From Octopus bimaculoides (lineage: Eukaryota), in the NCBI RefSeq assembly GCF_001194135.2, contig NC_068999.1, positions 53,018,630-53,079,958 of the forward strand: a stretch of DNA of 61,329 bases. The letters run 5' to 3'. The position numbers and the translations under genes were made by a program. Within the stretch, counting starts at the first letter, position 1. Every line of letters begins with the position of its first letter. Shown here in pieces: positions 1 to 12,269 of this stretch. The notes below the pieces were generated by a model. The model was not told where the DNA came from, searched no databases, and saw only the letters and a program-made list of their open reading frames with translations.

Positions 1-54
<54 letters not shown>
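1..54. repeat. (AC)n microsatellite
   Basis: Perfect AC run at the window start. Confidence 0.98.
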
Positions 55-56
<2 letters not shown>

Positions 57-249
57 GTATATCTTTCAACTATTTGAGTCAATGGACTGCGGGCATGCTG
101 GAGCACCTCCTTGAGTTCTTTAGTCGAACAATGCATACATTTAAGTATGTGTGTGCGTGTGTATATATATGAATATAAACACATAGAAGATGTCTTTTTA
201 AAAAATTGATACTGTTTGTGATGTAAAAATATGAGTAACAACATAGTTT

Positions 250-530
250 TGACAAGTGAAACTCAACAGGCTTAATGTTTAATAAAATAAGATTTATTCA
301 TCAAAATTCAAACGTATGTGTATTTCATGAACGATTTTACAAAATTTTACAAGTTTTCAATATGTGCACCGCCTGTGACACGACACACGTCAAGCTGGTA
401 GTCCACTTTCCGCCAAACACGCTACAGCATGTCTTGGGTAACAGTCACCAGTGCGAAAGGGATTTTCTGCGTGAGTCCCTCTAAGCTTGTAGGACCAGTC
501 CCTTTACATATAGCTACAGAGAAGAAAATC
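250..530 (-). mobile_element. Tc1/mariner-superfamily (Tc3-like) transposase C-terminal remnant
   Basis: Minus frame reads PTSLEGLTQKIPFALVTVTQDML*RVWRKVDYQLDVCRVTGGAHIENL* (stop at 347-349). This matches the typical ...L.RVW.E.DYR.DVCRVT.GAHIE.L end of Tc3-like transposases. One in-frame stop. Confidence 0.75.
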
Positions 531-534
531 GTAG

Positions 535-672
535 CAGTTCGGCAAATGAAACGGATTGAATTCGTACCAGACAGAAAATAAGTACTCGGGGCTATTTGAT
601 AGAAAAAAAGAAAACTGTTCAAGACCTTTGCCCAGTATGGCCTCCATCCGGAAAGTGAAACAAATAAAAGAC
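535..672 (+). mobile_element. SINE family A, degenerate 3' tail
   Basis: agcagttcggcaaatgaaacggat...aagtact...ccagtatggcc...gtgaaacaaataaaaga matches the 3' part of the family A copies at 20990-21330 and 35125-35655. Confidence 0.55.
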
Positions 673-972
673 TACAGATAGAATATTCTTTTTTACTCTA
701 GGCACAATGCCCGAAATTTTGGGGGAACAGACAGGTATACAAACAGACAGACAAAGCGAGAGAGAGCGAGAAAGGCAGAGAGACAAAGGTTAGCAAAGTA
801 AAAGAGAAAGAAATACATATTGTAAGAGTTTAGTGGAGGAGAGGAAGAAGAGTAAGAGGGGGAGGAGGAGGATCGGGAAATACGAAAAAATATAAAAGTA
901 AAAATACAGAGAAAATGAGAAGAACCTGAAAGAGGAAAGAAATAAAATAAAGAGTTAAATAGGCGGATGATA

Positions 973-1003
<31 letters not shown>

Positions 1004-1676
1004 NNNNNNNNNNNNNNNNNNNNNNNNNNNNNNNNNNNNNNNNNNNNNNNNNNNNNNNNNNNNNNNNNNNNNNNNNNNNNNNNNNNNNNNNNNNNNNNNN
1101 NNNNNNNNNNNNNNNNNNNNNNNNNNNNNNNNNNNNNNNNNNNNNNNNNNNNNNNNNNNNNNNNNNNNNNNNNNNNNNNNNNNNNNNNNNNNNNNNNNNN
1201 NNNNNNNNNNNNNNNNNNNNNNNNNNNNNNNNNNNNNNNNNNNNNNNNNNNNNNNNNNNNNNNNNNNNNNNNNNNNNNNNNNNNNNNNNNNNNNNNNNNN
1301 NNNNNNNNNNNNNNNNNNNNNNNNNNNNNNNNNNNNNNNNNNNNNNNNNNNNNNNNNNNNNNNNNNNNNNNNNNNNNNNNNNNNNNNNNNNNNNNNNNNN
1401 NNNNNNNNNNNNNNNNNNNNNNNNNNNNNNNNNNNNNNNNNNNNNNNNNNNNNNNNNNNNNNNNNNNNNNNNNNNNNNNNNNNNNNNNNNNNNNNNNNNN
1501 NNNNNNNNNNNNNNNNNNNNNNNNNNNNNNNNNNNNNNNNNNNNNNNNNNNNNNNNNNNNNNNNNNNNNTATAATTTGAAATTAATTTTCATTCTATGAT
1601 TTATATCTTAATTACGTTTGTATATATGTGCGCATATTTATATGTATATGTGTGTATATATACATACATATATACG

Positions 1677-1720
<44 letters not shown>

Positions 1721-2029
1721 TGTGTGTGTATGTGTGTGTGTGTGTATGTGTGTGTGTGTGTATGTGAGAGAGAGTGTGTGCATACAATACTCGTATATAT
1801 GTAACTATACACATGCACATACACATAAATACATACATGTATATGCATGTACGAGTTCCATGTCTATATACAAGGCTTATAATCAACGAAATGTTATAGT
1901 GGACACAACTGTTTTTCTTTTTTAACTGACATACCTCATTCACACTGGACATGTTGGTTGAGTAACTCTTTTAATGTAAATCTTATTCCTAGCCTTCTTA
2001 CTTGCTGGTGTTCCAAAAAGTGGAAAGAA

Positions 2030-2615
2030 TTTAAAATCTAAGCGGGTTACTGGCTGTCCGATATCCACAGAAAGCTACAAATTGTTTGCGAGATGACATT
2101 GCGACAGATTGTTTGCAGAGAGGGTACCATTGGCAAGTCGAATGCGTACAGAGGCATGACGAAAATTACAATAGGGAAAAACAGCATTGAAAACAAACTT
2201 CACTGCTGGGGGCCATCGTTCATTGTAACACAGAGGCAACAAACAGACGAGATGATGTGGGATCATTCTCTTTGATATTCTGGAGCATGGATAGACTGTG
2301 AACAGCAAGCGTACGTTAAGACCCTTAATTTTACAGAACACATTCACCATGACAAAATACTGCCACACATTTCGCAACAATGCAATCGGAAAATTTAGCT
2401 GTTCAGTGGTCTCCTATCCACCGTACAAGCCGGATCTGGCGTCCTCCGACTTCCACCCTTTTGAAGGACAGTCTTCAAAATTCGATGACGAGATGAATGT
2501 TGCTTTAAAGTCTGGGCATTACAGAGCACATGAGGAATTCTTCGAAGAGGATTTACAGTTAGGTTCAACGATGGCACAAATACACCGCATGTCAAGAAAT
2601 CTACGTTGAGTGGTG
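2030..2615 (+). mobile_element. mariner transposase pseudogene, internally deleted
   Basis: Fragments: SDIHRKLQIVC (N-terminal HTH region), GIILFDILEHG*TVNSKR (cf. GII..ELL..G.TVN...Y), YPPYKPDLASSDFHPF (cf. HPPYSPDLAPSDFHLF), and RWHKY...YVE at the end. Stops and frameshifts throughout. Confidence 0.85.
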
Positions 2616-2744
2616 TCTTTGTATACAGGAAGAGTTGTTCTACCAACATAGGTAAATTAAACGACCCATGTAAGTTAATAGAAAATTTATGCAATACTTT
2701 CGTTCCAACACTCGTGCACACACTCACACGCGCGCGCACACACA

Positions 2745-2776
<32 letters not shown>

Positions 2777-2893
2777 TACACACACACACGCACACATCAA
2801 AATAACGCGCGCGCGTACTATAGCTTTCCATATAGTTATGTATGTACTAATGTATGTGTATGGAAACGTATTCATAATTACATATGTGGGTTG

Positions 2894-2932
<39 letters not shown>

Positions 2933-3135
2933 NNNNNNNNNNNNNNNNNNNNNNNNNNNNNNNNNNNNNNNNNNNNNNNNNNNNNNNNNNNNNNNNNNNN
3001 NNNNNNNNNNNNNNNNNNNNNNNNNNNNNNNNNNNNNNNNNNNNNNNNNNNNNNNNNNNNNNNNNNNNNNNNNNNNNNNNNNNNNNNNNNNNNNNNNNNN
3101 NNNNNNNNNNNNNNNNNNNNNNNNNNNNNNNNNNN

Positions 3136-3180
<45 letters not shown>

Positions 3181-3264
3181 ATATATATGCCAGAGCAAGC
3201 GTACTAATGTTAAACAAAGTTGAAAAAAATAGTACTCGAATACCGGAGGGGGATTAATATGCTT

Positions 3265-3301
<37 letters not shown>

Positions 3302-3726
3302 CAATGTGTGTGTGTGTGTGTGTGCATGTATGTATGTATATATACATATTATATAATATATATATATGCATGTATATATATATATGTATATATATATATG
3401 AGTGTATATATGTATATGTATAATGTATATATACATGTGTGTGTTTGTATGTGTGTGCGTGTGTATGTTTCTACAAACGAAAGGAAAAATGCAGTTGATA
3501 TACTCTGTGGCGCTTACGTTTATAATCACTTATTAATTCCGTGCTGTATTATTTAATGTCACACACATGCTTATAGCACGTTCATGATCTTTAAGATGCG
3601 TTTCAAGGGACACATCCGAAAGAGCAACGATATGCCTTCCGTGTCTCTGAAACTTTAAGTAACGAAACCAAGTAATGAATCATTGACTACTTATGTGTGG
3701 CTATACATATATACATACATACATAC

Positions 3727-3763
<37 letters not shown>

Positions 3764-4499
3764 NNNNNNNNNNNNNNNNNNNNNNNNNNNNNNNNNNNNN
3801 NNNNNNNNNNNNNNNNNNNNNNNNNNNNNNNNNNNNNNNNNNNNNNNNNNNNNNNNNNNNNNNNNNNNNNNNNNNNNNNNNNNNNNNNNNNNNNNNNNNN
3901 NNNNNNNNNNNNNNNNNNNNNNNNNNNNNNNNNNNNNNNNNNNNNNNNNNNNNNNNNNNNNNNNNNNNNNNNNNNNNNNNNNNNNNNNNNNNNNNNNNNN
4001 NNNNNNNNNNNNNNNNNNNNNNNNNNNNNNNNNNNNNNNNNNNNNNNNNNNNNNNNNNNNNNNNNNNNNNNNNNNNNNNNNNNNNNNNNNNNNNNNNNNN
4101 NNNNNNNNNNNNNNNNNNNNNNNNNNNNNNNNNNNNNNNNNNNNNNNNNNNNNNNNNNNNNNNNNNNNNNNNNNNNNNNNNNNNNNNNNNNNNNNNNNNN
4201 NNNNNNNNNNNNNNNNNNNNNNNNNNNNNNNNNNNNNNNNNNNNNNNNNNNNNNNNNNNNNNNNNNNNNNNNNNNNNNNNNNNNNNNNNNNNNNNNNNNN
4301 NNNNNNNNNNNNNNNNNNNNNNNNNNNNNNNNNNNNNNNNNNNNNNNNNNNNNNNNNNNNNNNNNNNNNNNNNNNNNNNNNNNNNNNNNNNNNNNNNNNN
4401 NNNNNNNNNNNNNNNNNNNNNNNNNNNNNNNNNNNNNNNNNNNNNNNNNNNNNNNNNNNNNNNNNNNNNNNNNNNNNNNNNNNNNNNNNNNNNNNNNNA

Positions 4500-4606
4500 A
4501 GAAGAAGAAGAAGAAGAAGAAGAAGAAGAAGAAGAAGAAGAAGAAGAAGAAGAAGAAGAAGAAGAAGAAGAAGAAGAAGAAGAAGAAGAAGAAGAAGAAG
4601 AAGAAG
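4500..4606. repeat. (GAA)n microsatellite
   Basis: Perfect GAA run at a gap edge. Confidence 0.97.
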
Positions 4607-4889
4607 GGAATAGGAACACCGACATCAATAACGTAAAATTCATAATGTATACAAAAAGAAATGTCATAATCACTACTACTACTACTACTACTACTTAATT
4701 TGACTGATAGTTAATTGACTGATAATTAATTTCATCTACTCCGGAAAGTTGGAAGGTATTTGAACTTAGAACGTAAAATCGTTGCAATAAAATACCACAC
4801 AGCGTTGTGCTGTCGTTCTATTGCGCCTGTCTCTCGCGTCTCTGTTAATATTGCAAGATATGAACCAACGAGGTAGAATGTTATGTGGT

Positions 4890-4985
4890 CGCTCTTCCTG
4901 TTAGAAATAGCTGCCAAGTTGCCTTGACATCAAATCCTACCGCTCACAAAAAGAAAATTAAAGCCACATTAAATATCGTAGTCTG
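4890..4985 (+). repeat. Interspersed repeat fragment (SINE-tail-like, family E)
   Basis: ttagaaatagctgccaagttgccttgacatcaaatcctaccg resembles 30760-30850 (ctagaaatagcagctaaatctcccatcaaatcgcac) and a piece near 49160-49215. Confidence 0.45.
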
Positions 4986-5199
4986 CTAAACACCTGTCGA
5001 AAACATCGGCGTAGTGATCGTGGCCGAAGTGCCGCTATTCTGTTTTATAATATGTTTTATTCCGATTGGGGATATGCATGAAGGCATATAATTATTGGAT
5101 GTAGCTCTTTTTTTTTCCTTAGTTAAACATTCCTTAGTCTTCACTGATAAACATTTCCTGATCAACCACAGGCACAGAGAATTATTTAATAAATCAATT

Positions 5200-5690
5200 C
5201 AAATGTAGGTTACAGTTGTACATCAAATGTAAAAATATATATAATTGCAAGAAATTATGCCAAGCCAACAAGGAAATCGCAAATGTAGAAAGACAGATTT
5301 ATCTCCATGGCCAGAGGCAATGATAATAAGGTGAAGGTTATTTCTAGAAAACAAAAGTCGAGAAACTGTGAGTAAATATTATGTCGGAATAGTAAGAAGT
5401 AAATTCAAATAACGCTAATTCAATAATATTTCTTCCGTCTTCGGAAATTTAGAGGAGAAAAGAGTCAGTAAATTATCCAGAAGTACTTGGAGACTGGAAG
5501 AAAATGGAATTAAATTCTACATCAAATGTAAAATTCTAGAACGCCTCAAATCTTGCCTACAGGGGAAAAGAAACCAGTGTGACTTAGACAATTTCAAGTA
5601 CGAAAATAATTATATAAACGTTATATCCGAAATGTTCGCTAAATGTAGACATTCGACGTAGAAAATTCATTTTAGAAACTGGAAATACAC
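5200..5690 (+). mobile_element. Penelope-like element, GIY-YIG endonuclease remnant
   Basis: A single frame from 5341 reads KYYVGIVRSKFK*R*FNN...SKLSRSTWRLEENGIKFYIKCKILERLKSCLQGKRNQCDL...ISEMFAKCRHS*. Upstream NVGYSCTSNVK resembles the PLE 'VKISYSC.PN' motif, and the terminal KCRH is PLE-like. Confidence 0.7.
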
Positions 5691-6700
5691 AAAACCGTAT
5701 TATGAGAATATCTGAATTTAGTCAACGGCTAATATTTATTTCATATATAGAAAGATAATTGCTCGTAAAAAAAAAATCAAAGAATAATCCATATCTGTAA
5801 TCTGTAGTTTTTATACGTATTTTCAAAAAAAAGAAAAAGAAGACATGAGATAAACACAAACAAAAATCCGCCCTTGGCGGACGGTTTTTGCGCAGCGGGG
5901 GGGTTTCGTCTAGACCAAACTGATGACTGTTACATGCTGTAAGTAGGAAACTAAAAGTGGAACAGTAGCCACCAACAACAACAACAAAAAATAATATTCG
6001 ACGATATCACGTCTGGAGTATTATTTCATTCGTGATAACATTTAAAACTAAGTAACTAACGATGCGAGCGCGCGTGTTTGAGTTTGTGTGTATGTTGTGT
6101 GCGTGTACATATATATATATACATATATATACATGTATATATAACTCGCTGAACTTAACTGAAACAATATCAAATTAAAATAGTTATCTTTGTACCATTC
6201 TAAATGTATATATACACCGTAGGAAATATGCAGCGGTGACTTTTATCTGAGAGTAAATTTCTTCATACCCATGTTGTATTAAAGACACAATGTATATCGA
6301 AGTGTCAGGGTAAAGTTGTCAAGAAATATTTTAAGAATATTGACACTTTCAGCTGGAGTATTTTCACCATCAGCCATACCTTCAGCTTTATCTGGTGTAG
6401 CATCTAACATTACAAAAGCTCTAATAATTGCTACAGCGTCTTTTCAATCAGCGAGAACAAATAGGAGCATATTGGAAATCTGACTTCCTTTTGCACGACA
6501 GGATCTTCCTTATTACGGATACAATTCCTTTGCAGAATCTTTCCAGGTGAGAAAAGCCACGGAACTCTACTTTCACAGACGAATGTTTCCTCTGAAAAGA
6601 AACATAAAGATTAATATCTGAGCAGCATTCCGATAGTTGGAGGTAACGTCTTTGATCCTTGTCGCTTATTACTTTTCATTCTAGTTTACAATATTTCTCC

Positions 6701-6772
6701 ATTGGTAGATATATTGGTAGATATATTGGTAGATATATTGGTAGATATATTGGTAGATATATTGGTAGATAT
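6701..6772. repeat. 12-bp minisatellite (ATTGGTAGATAT)x6
   Basis: Six exact tandem units, inside the Gypsy remnant. Confidence 0.95.
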
Positions 6773-7028
6773 ATTAACTGAAGCAATCGATATTATAGTC
6801 ATTAGTCTCTAATCTTAAGTTTACGCGTAACTGATTCAGAGATGAAATTTTTGGAACTAACAGAATCAAAGAGCACTTTTAGAGACGTTTTGTGAAGGGT
6901 CAAATGAATGACAGTAGTTTTAATCGTAAAAGATATAAAGGCAAGTGTGACAGAGAAAACAGAGTTCACGGGTGGTTCTTTTGAGGTTCTACAGAAATTT
7001 GGAAAGTATCCCATTTGCATGCCATTGG

Positions 7029-7068
7029 AAAAGGTAGTATTGATGGTTGGGCATCAATACTACCTTTT
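7029..7068. repeat. Perfect 17-bp inverted repeat with 6-nt loop
   Basis: AAAAGGTAGTATTGATG-gttggg-CATCAATACTACCTTTT. Confidence 0.95.
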
Positions 7069-7324
7069 AGTACGATAATGTCTCGGAAATAATATTGCAG
7101 AAGTAACACTTCTTCTGACGGACGACATCAAGCAATACAAGAAGAAACTTTTATTTCAGAACAGAACATTTTTTCCCTCGCCGCTCCCAGAGTCGTTATT
7201 ACAAGAATTTCTACTACAAGAGCAGCGTTAGAGATATATCAATCTTTCATGAGTATTTACAAAACCCAAGCTTGGTGTTTTATAGCAGGCTGTATCATAT
7301 TCGAACAGAAGAGTATATGGCCAG

Positions 7325-7720
7325 AAATAAGACAGGGGCCGATAAAACAAGTACCAGTAGAATACTGAAGTCGATGTAGTCGACTCATCTCAAAATTAGA
7401 GACCATTATTCTAGCACACCGGACAAAATCCTTTGTGAAATTTCCTCCATCTTAACACGGTCTGAGTTCAAATTCCGCCTTTTCCTAAAATTTCATGCCT
7501 TGCACCTATAGTATGAAGGATTGTTAGTCTGGAAGGATCGTAGGTGTTTAGCAGCATTTCTATCTGTTCTTTCCGTTCTGAGTTCAAATTTTGCTGCGGT
7601 CGACTTTGCTTTTCATCTATGTCGGGATTGATTAATTAAAGTACCAGTCAAGTACTCATGTCGATGTAATCGACTTCAAACCTCAAAATTACTGGCCTTA
7701 AGCCAAACTTTGAAACACTG
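7325..7720 (+). mobile_element. Cluster of three degenerate SINE family B copies, same orientation
   Basis: Repeated diagnostic blocks: gagttcaaattccgcc (B box), gactttgcttttcatc, aagtaccagt and gtcgatgtaatcgact, with 3' tails at ~7390, ~7520 and ~7715. Confidence 0.7.
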
Positions 7721-7751
7721 GTTGTTGTTGTTGCTGTTGATTTTGCTGTAG

Positions 7752-7783
<32 letters not shown>

Positions 7784-8318
7784 AGTGAAGAAAGATACTT
7801 GGCAAATTGGGGAAATAAATAGTTTGCAAGGTGCCTAGTGGCTGCAATATTTAATATTGTGGCTACGAGGTGGGTTTGGGGGGACGTAGACAGATTAATG
7901 GGGGGNNNNNNNNNNNNNNNNNNNNNNNNNNNNNNNNNNNNNNNNNNNNNNNNNNNNNNNNNNNNNNNNNNNNNNNNNNNNNNNNNNNNNNNNNNNNNNN
8001 NNNNNNNNNNNNNNNNNNNNNNNNNNNNNNNNNNNNNNNNNNNNNNNNNNNNNNNNNNTGATAAAGAGAGACGAGGAGAGAAAGAGAAGGAACGGAAGAG
8101 AGATAAATAGTCAGAAGTAGAAAGAAGGAAAGGAAGAAAGGTAGATAACAAGGTAATGGAGAACAAGGAAGAAGCAGGCTTACTTAGACGGTGATAACGA
8201 CCCACGATCGGGTTTTGGATGTATGTGTGCGGGAAGGAAGCGGAAGGGGCGGATTAGAGATAACCAAGCGTTAAGTGTGTTGCACGCATGTGTTGACTTT
8301 AAATTACGAACACCGTTG

Positions 8319-8369
<51 letters not shown>

Positions 8370-9244
8370 ACGAGAAAGAGAGAGAGAGAACGAGAAAGAG
8401 GTGTAGGTGGAGAAAGCAAAGTGTTTCTTAACGCTCACATTTTTGATGGTACTGTTGATGTTGTTAATTTTTCGTCTTCTTAAAAATGAAGGATGGGAGT
8501 TTAATTCGCTAGTTAAGCTCTAGAAGACGGCAATAAAGCAAAGTAGTGGATAGACGGGAGCGATAAATTCAGGAGCAAAGGGATGGGGAGGGAACGAGAG
8601 AAAGAGAGAGAGAGAAAGAGAGAGAGGGGGTAAAAGTGAGAAGGGGGCATAGAGATATATAGACATTGCCTGGTGAAATTCGTTATATATTACTTGTTAG
8701 TTGATACAGAACCTTCAGCCCATTGACAGATGGTACGTTATTTTGGAGAATCACCAAAATAGATGCAAAGTTAGTTTGGCTTAATATAGCACAAACGTTA
8801 ATGCCGAGTCGCTATTTTCCCTTCCTTTTATCTCTTTCTCTTTTCTTTCACTCTGTCTTCCATCCTTACTTCCTTGACTTCGAGGCTTTTGCCAGCCTCT
8901 TCTGTATCGATAAGGATACAGAAATAGTCCACAATGTGAAAGATGTTGTTCACACAAGTCCAGCCAATCCACTTTCACTTTCATTTTCACCCTTGTCCTG
9001 ATCCGTGTTAAAGTGAGCTGGGTAGGCTGTTTCATTAAATCATATATTACATTTGACGATATCTTCATTAACTTATGAAATGGTGTCTTTTCCGAAGTTC
9101 TACCGACAGGTTATGACTCACTTTACTTCAACTGGTTTCAACTCGAAAAGTAGTCAATGATATATTTGGTTATTTTCAAGCATGGCCAATCAGAATTAAA
9201 CACCTTGACCACGAAACATATCTGATGAGGTAGACTGTTCTCTT

Positions 9245-9568
9245 TTATCTTTTACCTGTTACTTGTTTCAGTGGTGGCCATACTGGAGCACGGCCTCGAA
9301 GGGTTTTAATCGATCAAATTGACACTAATACTTAATTTTTAGTCCAATACTTATTCTATCATTTCCTTTTGCCAAGCTGCTAAGTTACGGGGACATAAAA
9401 AAAATCAGCACCGGTTGTCAAGGGGGTGGGTGGGTAGACAGACACAAGCGCAAAGACATATACCAATAGCCGTAGTAGCAGACACTTGACTAAATTGCTG
9501 TGCAGTGGGGCTGAACCCCAAACGACGTGGTTGCAGGGCAGGTTTCTTAACCACACAGTCATGCTTGT
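9245..9568 (-). mobile_element. SINE family A, near full length, diverged
   Basis: Tail ggccatactggagcacggcctcgaagggtttta, gctaagttacggggac, and head gtggggctgaaccc...cttaaccacacagtcatgc (reverse A/B boxes). Confidence 0.75.
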
Positions 9569-9605
9569 TCGTTATTATGCTTTTCTTTCATTTTTTCTGT
9601 CGTAT

Positions 9606-9717
<112 letters not shown>

Positions 9718-9744
9718 GTGTGTGTGTCTTTGTGCCTGTGTCTG

Positions 9745-9848
9745 TCTGAATTCACTCACAATGCAATGGTCGATCCGGAAATATTAGTAGAAGATACTCA
9801 AGGTACCGCCCGACGGGACTGAACCCGAAAACATGTGGTTACAAAGCT
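9745..9848 (-). mobile_element. SINE family A head fragment
   Basis: gaattcactcacaatgc...tagtagaagatactcaaggtacc...gggactgaacccgaaaacatgtggtt. Confidence 0.65.
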
Positions 9849-9959
9849 ATGACTACGATATATAAGTATATATATATATATGCATATATATATATATATA
9901 TATATATATGTTTGTTTGTGTGTGTATGTTTGAGTCTGCCAGCTTACCGCCTTGTAAAG

Positions 9960-10185
9960 TATAATAATAATAGTCTCAAATTTTGGCACAAGGCCAACAA
10001 TTTCGCGGAAGGGGTTAAGTCGATTACATCGACCCCAGTATTCAACTGGTACCTAATTCATCGACCCCGAAAGGATGAAAGGCAAAGTCGACCTCGGCAG
10101 AATTTGAACCCAACGTCAATACGGACGAAATGCTGCTATCCATATGGCCTTGCCTGCCGACGAGTCTACAATTTCGCCGCCTTAT
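9960..10185 (-). mobile_element. SINE family B, full length (tail variant 2)
   Basis: Reverse of ggcggcga...gggttcaaattctgccgaggtcgactttgcctttcatcctttcggggtcgatgaattaggtaccagt...gtcgatgtaatcgactt...ttggccttgtgccaaaatttgagactattattatt. Confidence 0.88.
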
Positions 10186-10541
10186 AAACCATAATTATAA
10201 TGGAAATAAAAAACACAAAAACAAACAACAATAACAGTAACGACAACAAAAACAACAAATGCTTTGATTTTCGTATTCACTTTCAACAGAATGACGAACA
10301 TTTACATCAGCAGTGCCATAATACGTTCTTTACCATAATTTGCACCAAACAGCACTGCTTCTAGTTTATATAGTAACTTTACAAACAACTACGTACGCGT
10401 TCAGATATACACATACATACATACACACACACATACGTGTGAGTGCGTCTTTATATTCTTGTTGATGCTTATGAGTGTACGCATGTATATATAAGTACAT
10501 ATGTGTGTATGCATATGTATGCATGTATGTATGTATGTATG

Positions 10542-10576
<35 letters not shown>

Positions 10577-11161
10577 NNNNNNNNNNNNNNNNNNNNNNNN
10601 NNNNNNNNNNNNNNNNNNNNNNNNNNNNNNNNNNNNNNNNNNNNNNNNNNNNNNNNNNNNNNNNNNNNNNNNNNNNNNNNNNNNNNNNNNNNNNNNNNNN
10701 NNNNNNNNNNNNNNNNNNNNNNNNNNNNNNNNNNNNNNNNNNNNNNNNNNNNNNNNNNNNNNNNNNNNNNNNNNNNNNNNNNNNNTATATATATATATAT
10801 ATAAATATATATATACATGCACATTTATATATATATATATATATATATTATTATTATTATTATTTTAAAAATCTCTCTAAAGGATATATGTATTAGCGCA
10901 TGCACCCATGCATATGTATATATAGCATATATTTGTACGTATATATATGTGTATATATGTGTGTTTTTGTATGTGTGTATATAGTTTTTATATATGTATA
11001 CACATGCCAATATCTATATATAGACAAGGACTAACTTCTATTATATATGTATGTGTATATATGGGGGAGGAGAAAGAGAGAGACACAAAGAGATGCAGGG
11101 ACAGGTAAACAAACACACCAACAGACAGACAAGGAGTGGAAGGCAGGGAGGGAGAGAGAGA

Positions 11162-11207
<46 letters not shown>

Positions 11208-11349
11208 GTGGGAGAGATGGAGAGAGAGAGATGGAGAGAGAGGGAGAGAGAGAGCAAAACAGGAAAACAGAGTTAGATAAAGAGTGATGGTTGGAGCAAC
11301 GGAATTAGAGATAGCGACTGAGACAAGGATAAATTTGAAGACGGACAGG

Positions 11350-11350
11350 T

Positions 11351-11424
<74 letters not shown>

Positions 11425-11451
11425 TATAGATAGATAGATAGATAGATAGAT

Positions 11452-11455
<4 letters not shown>
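11350..11455. repeat. (GATA)n microsatellite within a long GA-rich tract (~11060-11590)
   Basis: Tetranucleotide array flanked by (GA)n and (GACA)n. Confidence 0.95.
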
Positions 11456-11484
<29 letters not shown>

Positions 11485-11486
11485 AG

Positions 11487-11518
<32 letters not shown>

Positions 11519-11917
11519 AAGAGAGAAAGGGAGGTGAGGAGTGATGGAAAGAGAGAGTGATGTTGTAGAAGATAGATAGAGAGATACCAAGAGAGGGTCT
11601 TTAAGACAGACAGGCTTGACGGAGAGAGATGGAGAATAGATTGACAGATAGATAAACAGGGAGTGGAGAAGTAGAGGATTCGAAAGATATAAAGAAAGGA
11701 GAGGGTCGTCTTTGAGGACTCTTTCTTTTTCAGGACTGTTGTTTGTTGATTTTAGGAAACCAGGAAATTTAGGACGAATTATTCAAGCAACTTTTAATTT
11801 AATTCAATGAAACGATATTCTATCTGTTCCTCTTCCTTTCACACGTACTCTCACTCACTCACTCTCTCACTCACTCTCTCACTCACTCACTCACTCACTC
11901 ACTCACTCACTCACTCA

Positions 11918-11997
<80 letters not shown>

Positions 11998-12269
11998 GCC
12001 TCTCATACATATACAGACTAACTTAGTTTCTCTGTTTTGATTATATAACTTCCTATCAACCTACCTACCCATCTATCTATTTGAGATTCACATGAGGAAT
12101 AGATTGTAATGAGGCGTGTTACAAAGTTGTACAGTCTATTTTTTGGTGTCACTGGCTGTTACCCCTCATGTTTTAGATAGGGTTTGTTACACTACGAAAC
12201 GGTGTAGATGTCAAAACTACCTCAAGTTCCCTTACACTTCAATTATGGTTATTTCTTAGAGGTTAAAAA

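Larger units (their letters stand above)
6380..7220 (-). mobile_element. Gypsy LTR retrotransposon gag zinc-knuckle / aspartic protease remnant
   Basis: In minus-strand order: QKKCYFCN (gag knuckle, ~7100-7125), MGYFPNFCRTSK (second knuckle), SLKVLFDSVSSKNFISESVTRKLKI (protease D-S-G-S motif degenerate), then CCSDINLYVSFQRKHSSVKVEFRG (cf. LCSDIILGHDF...HSSV...FGG). Confidence 0.6.

Noticed and set aside
6330-6591. Strong-looking minus-strand acceptor (ctttatgtttcttttcag) and an MLDATPD hAT-like motif
   Set aside because: The frame across the apparent acceptor continues as Gypsy post-protease sequence, in the right order after the protease motif, so neither an exon nor hAT is needed.
6701-6772. 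Short regular repeats as a possible CRISPR array (also 42805-42854)
   Set aside because: Tandem units without unique spacers, no cas genes, eukaryotic context.
8781-9230. Unique-looking segment with minus frames HIVDYFCILIDTEEAGKSL and DIVKCNI*FNETAYP
   Set aside because: Only faint resemblance to RT or copia integrase motifs, with a stop immediately upstream and no good acceptor; cannot be assigned without a search.
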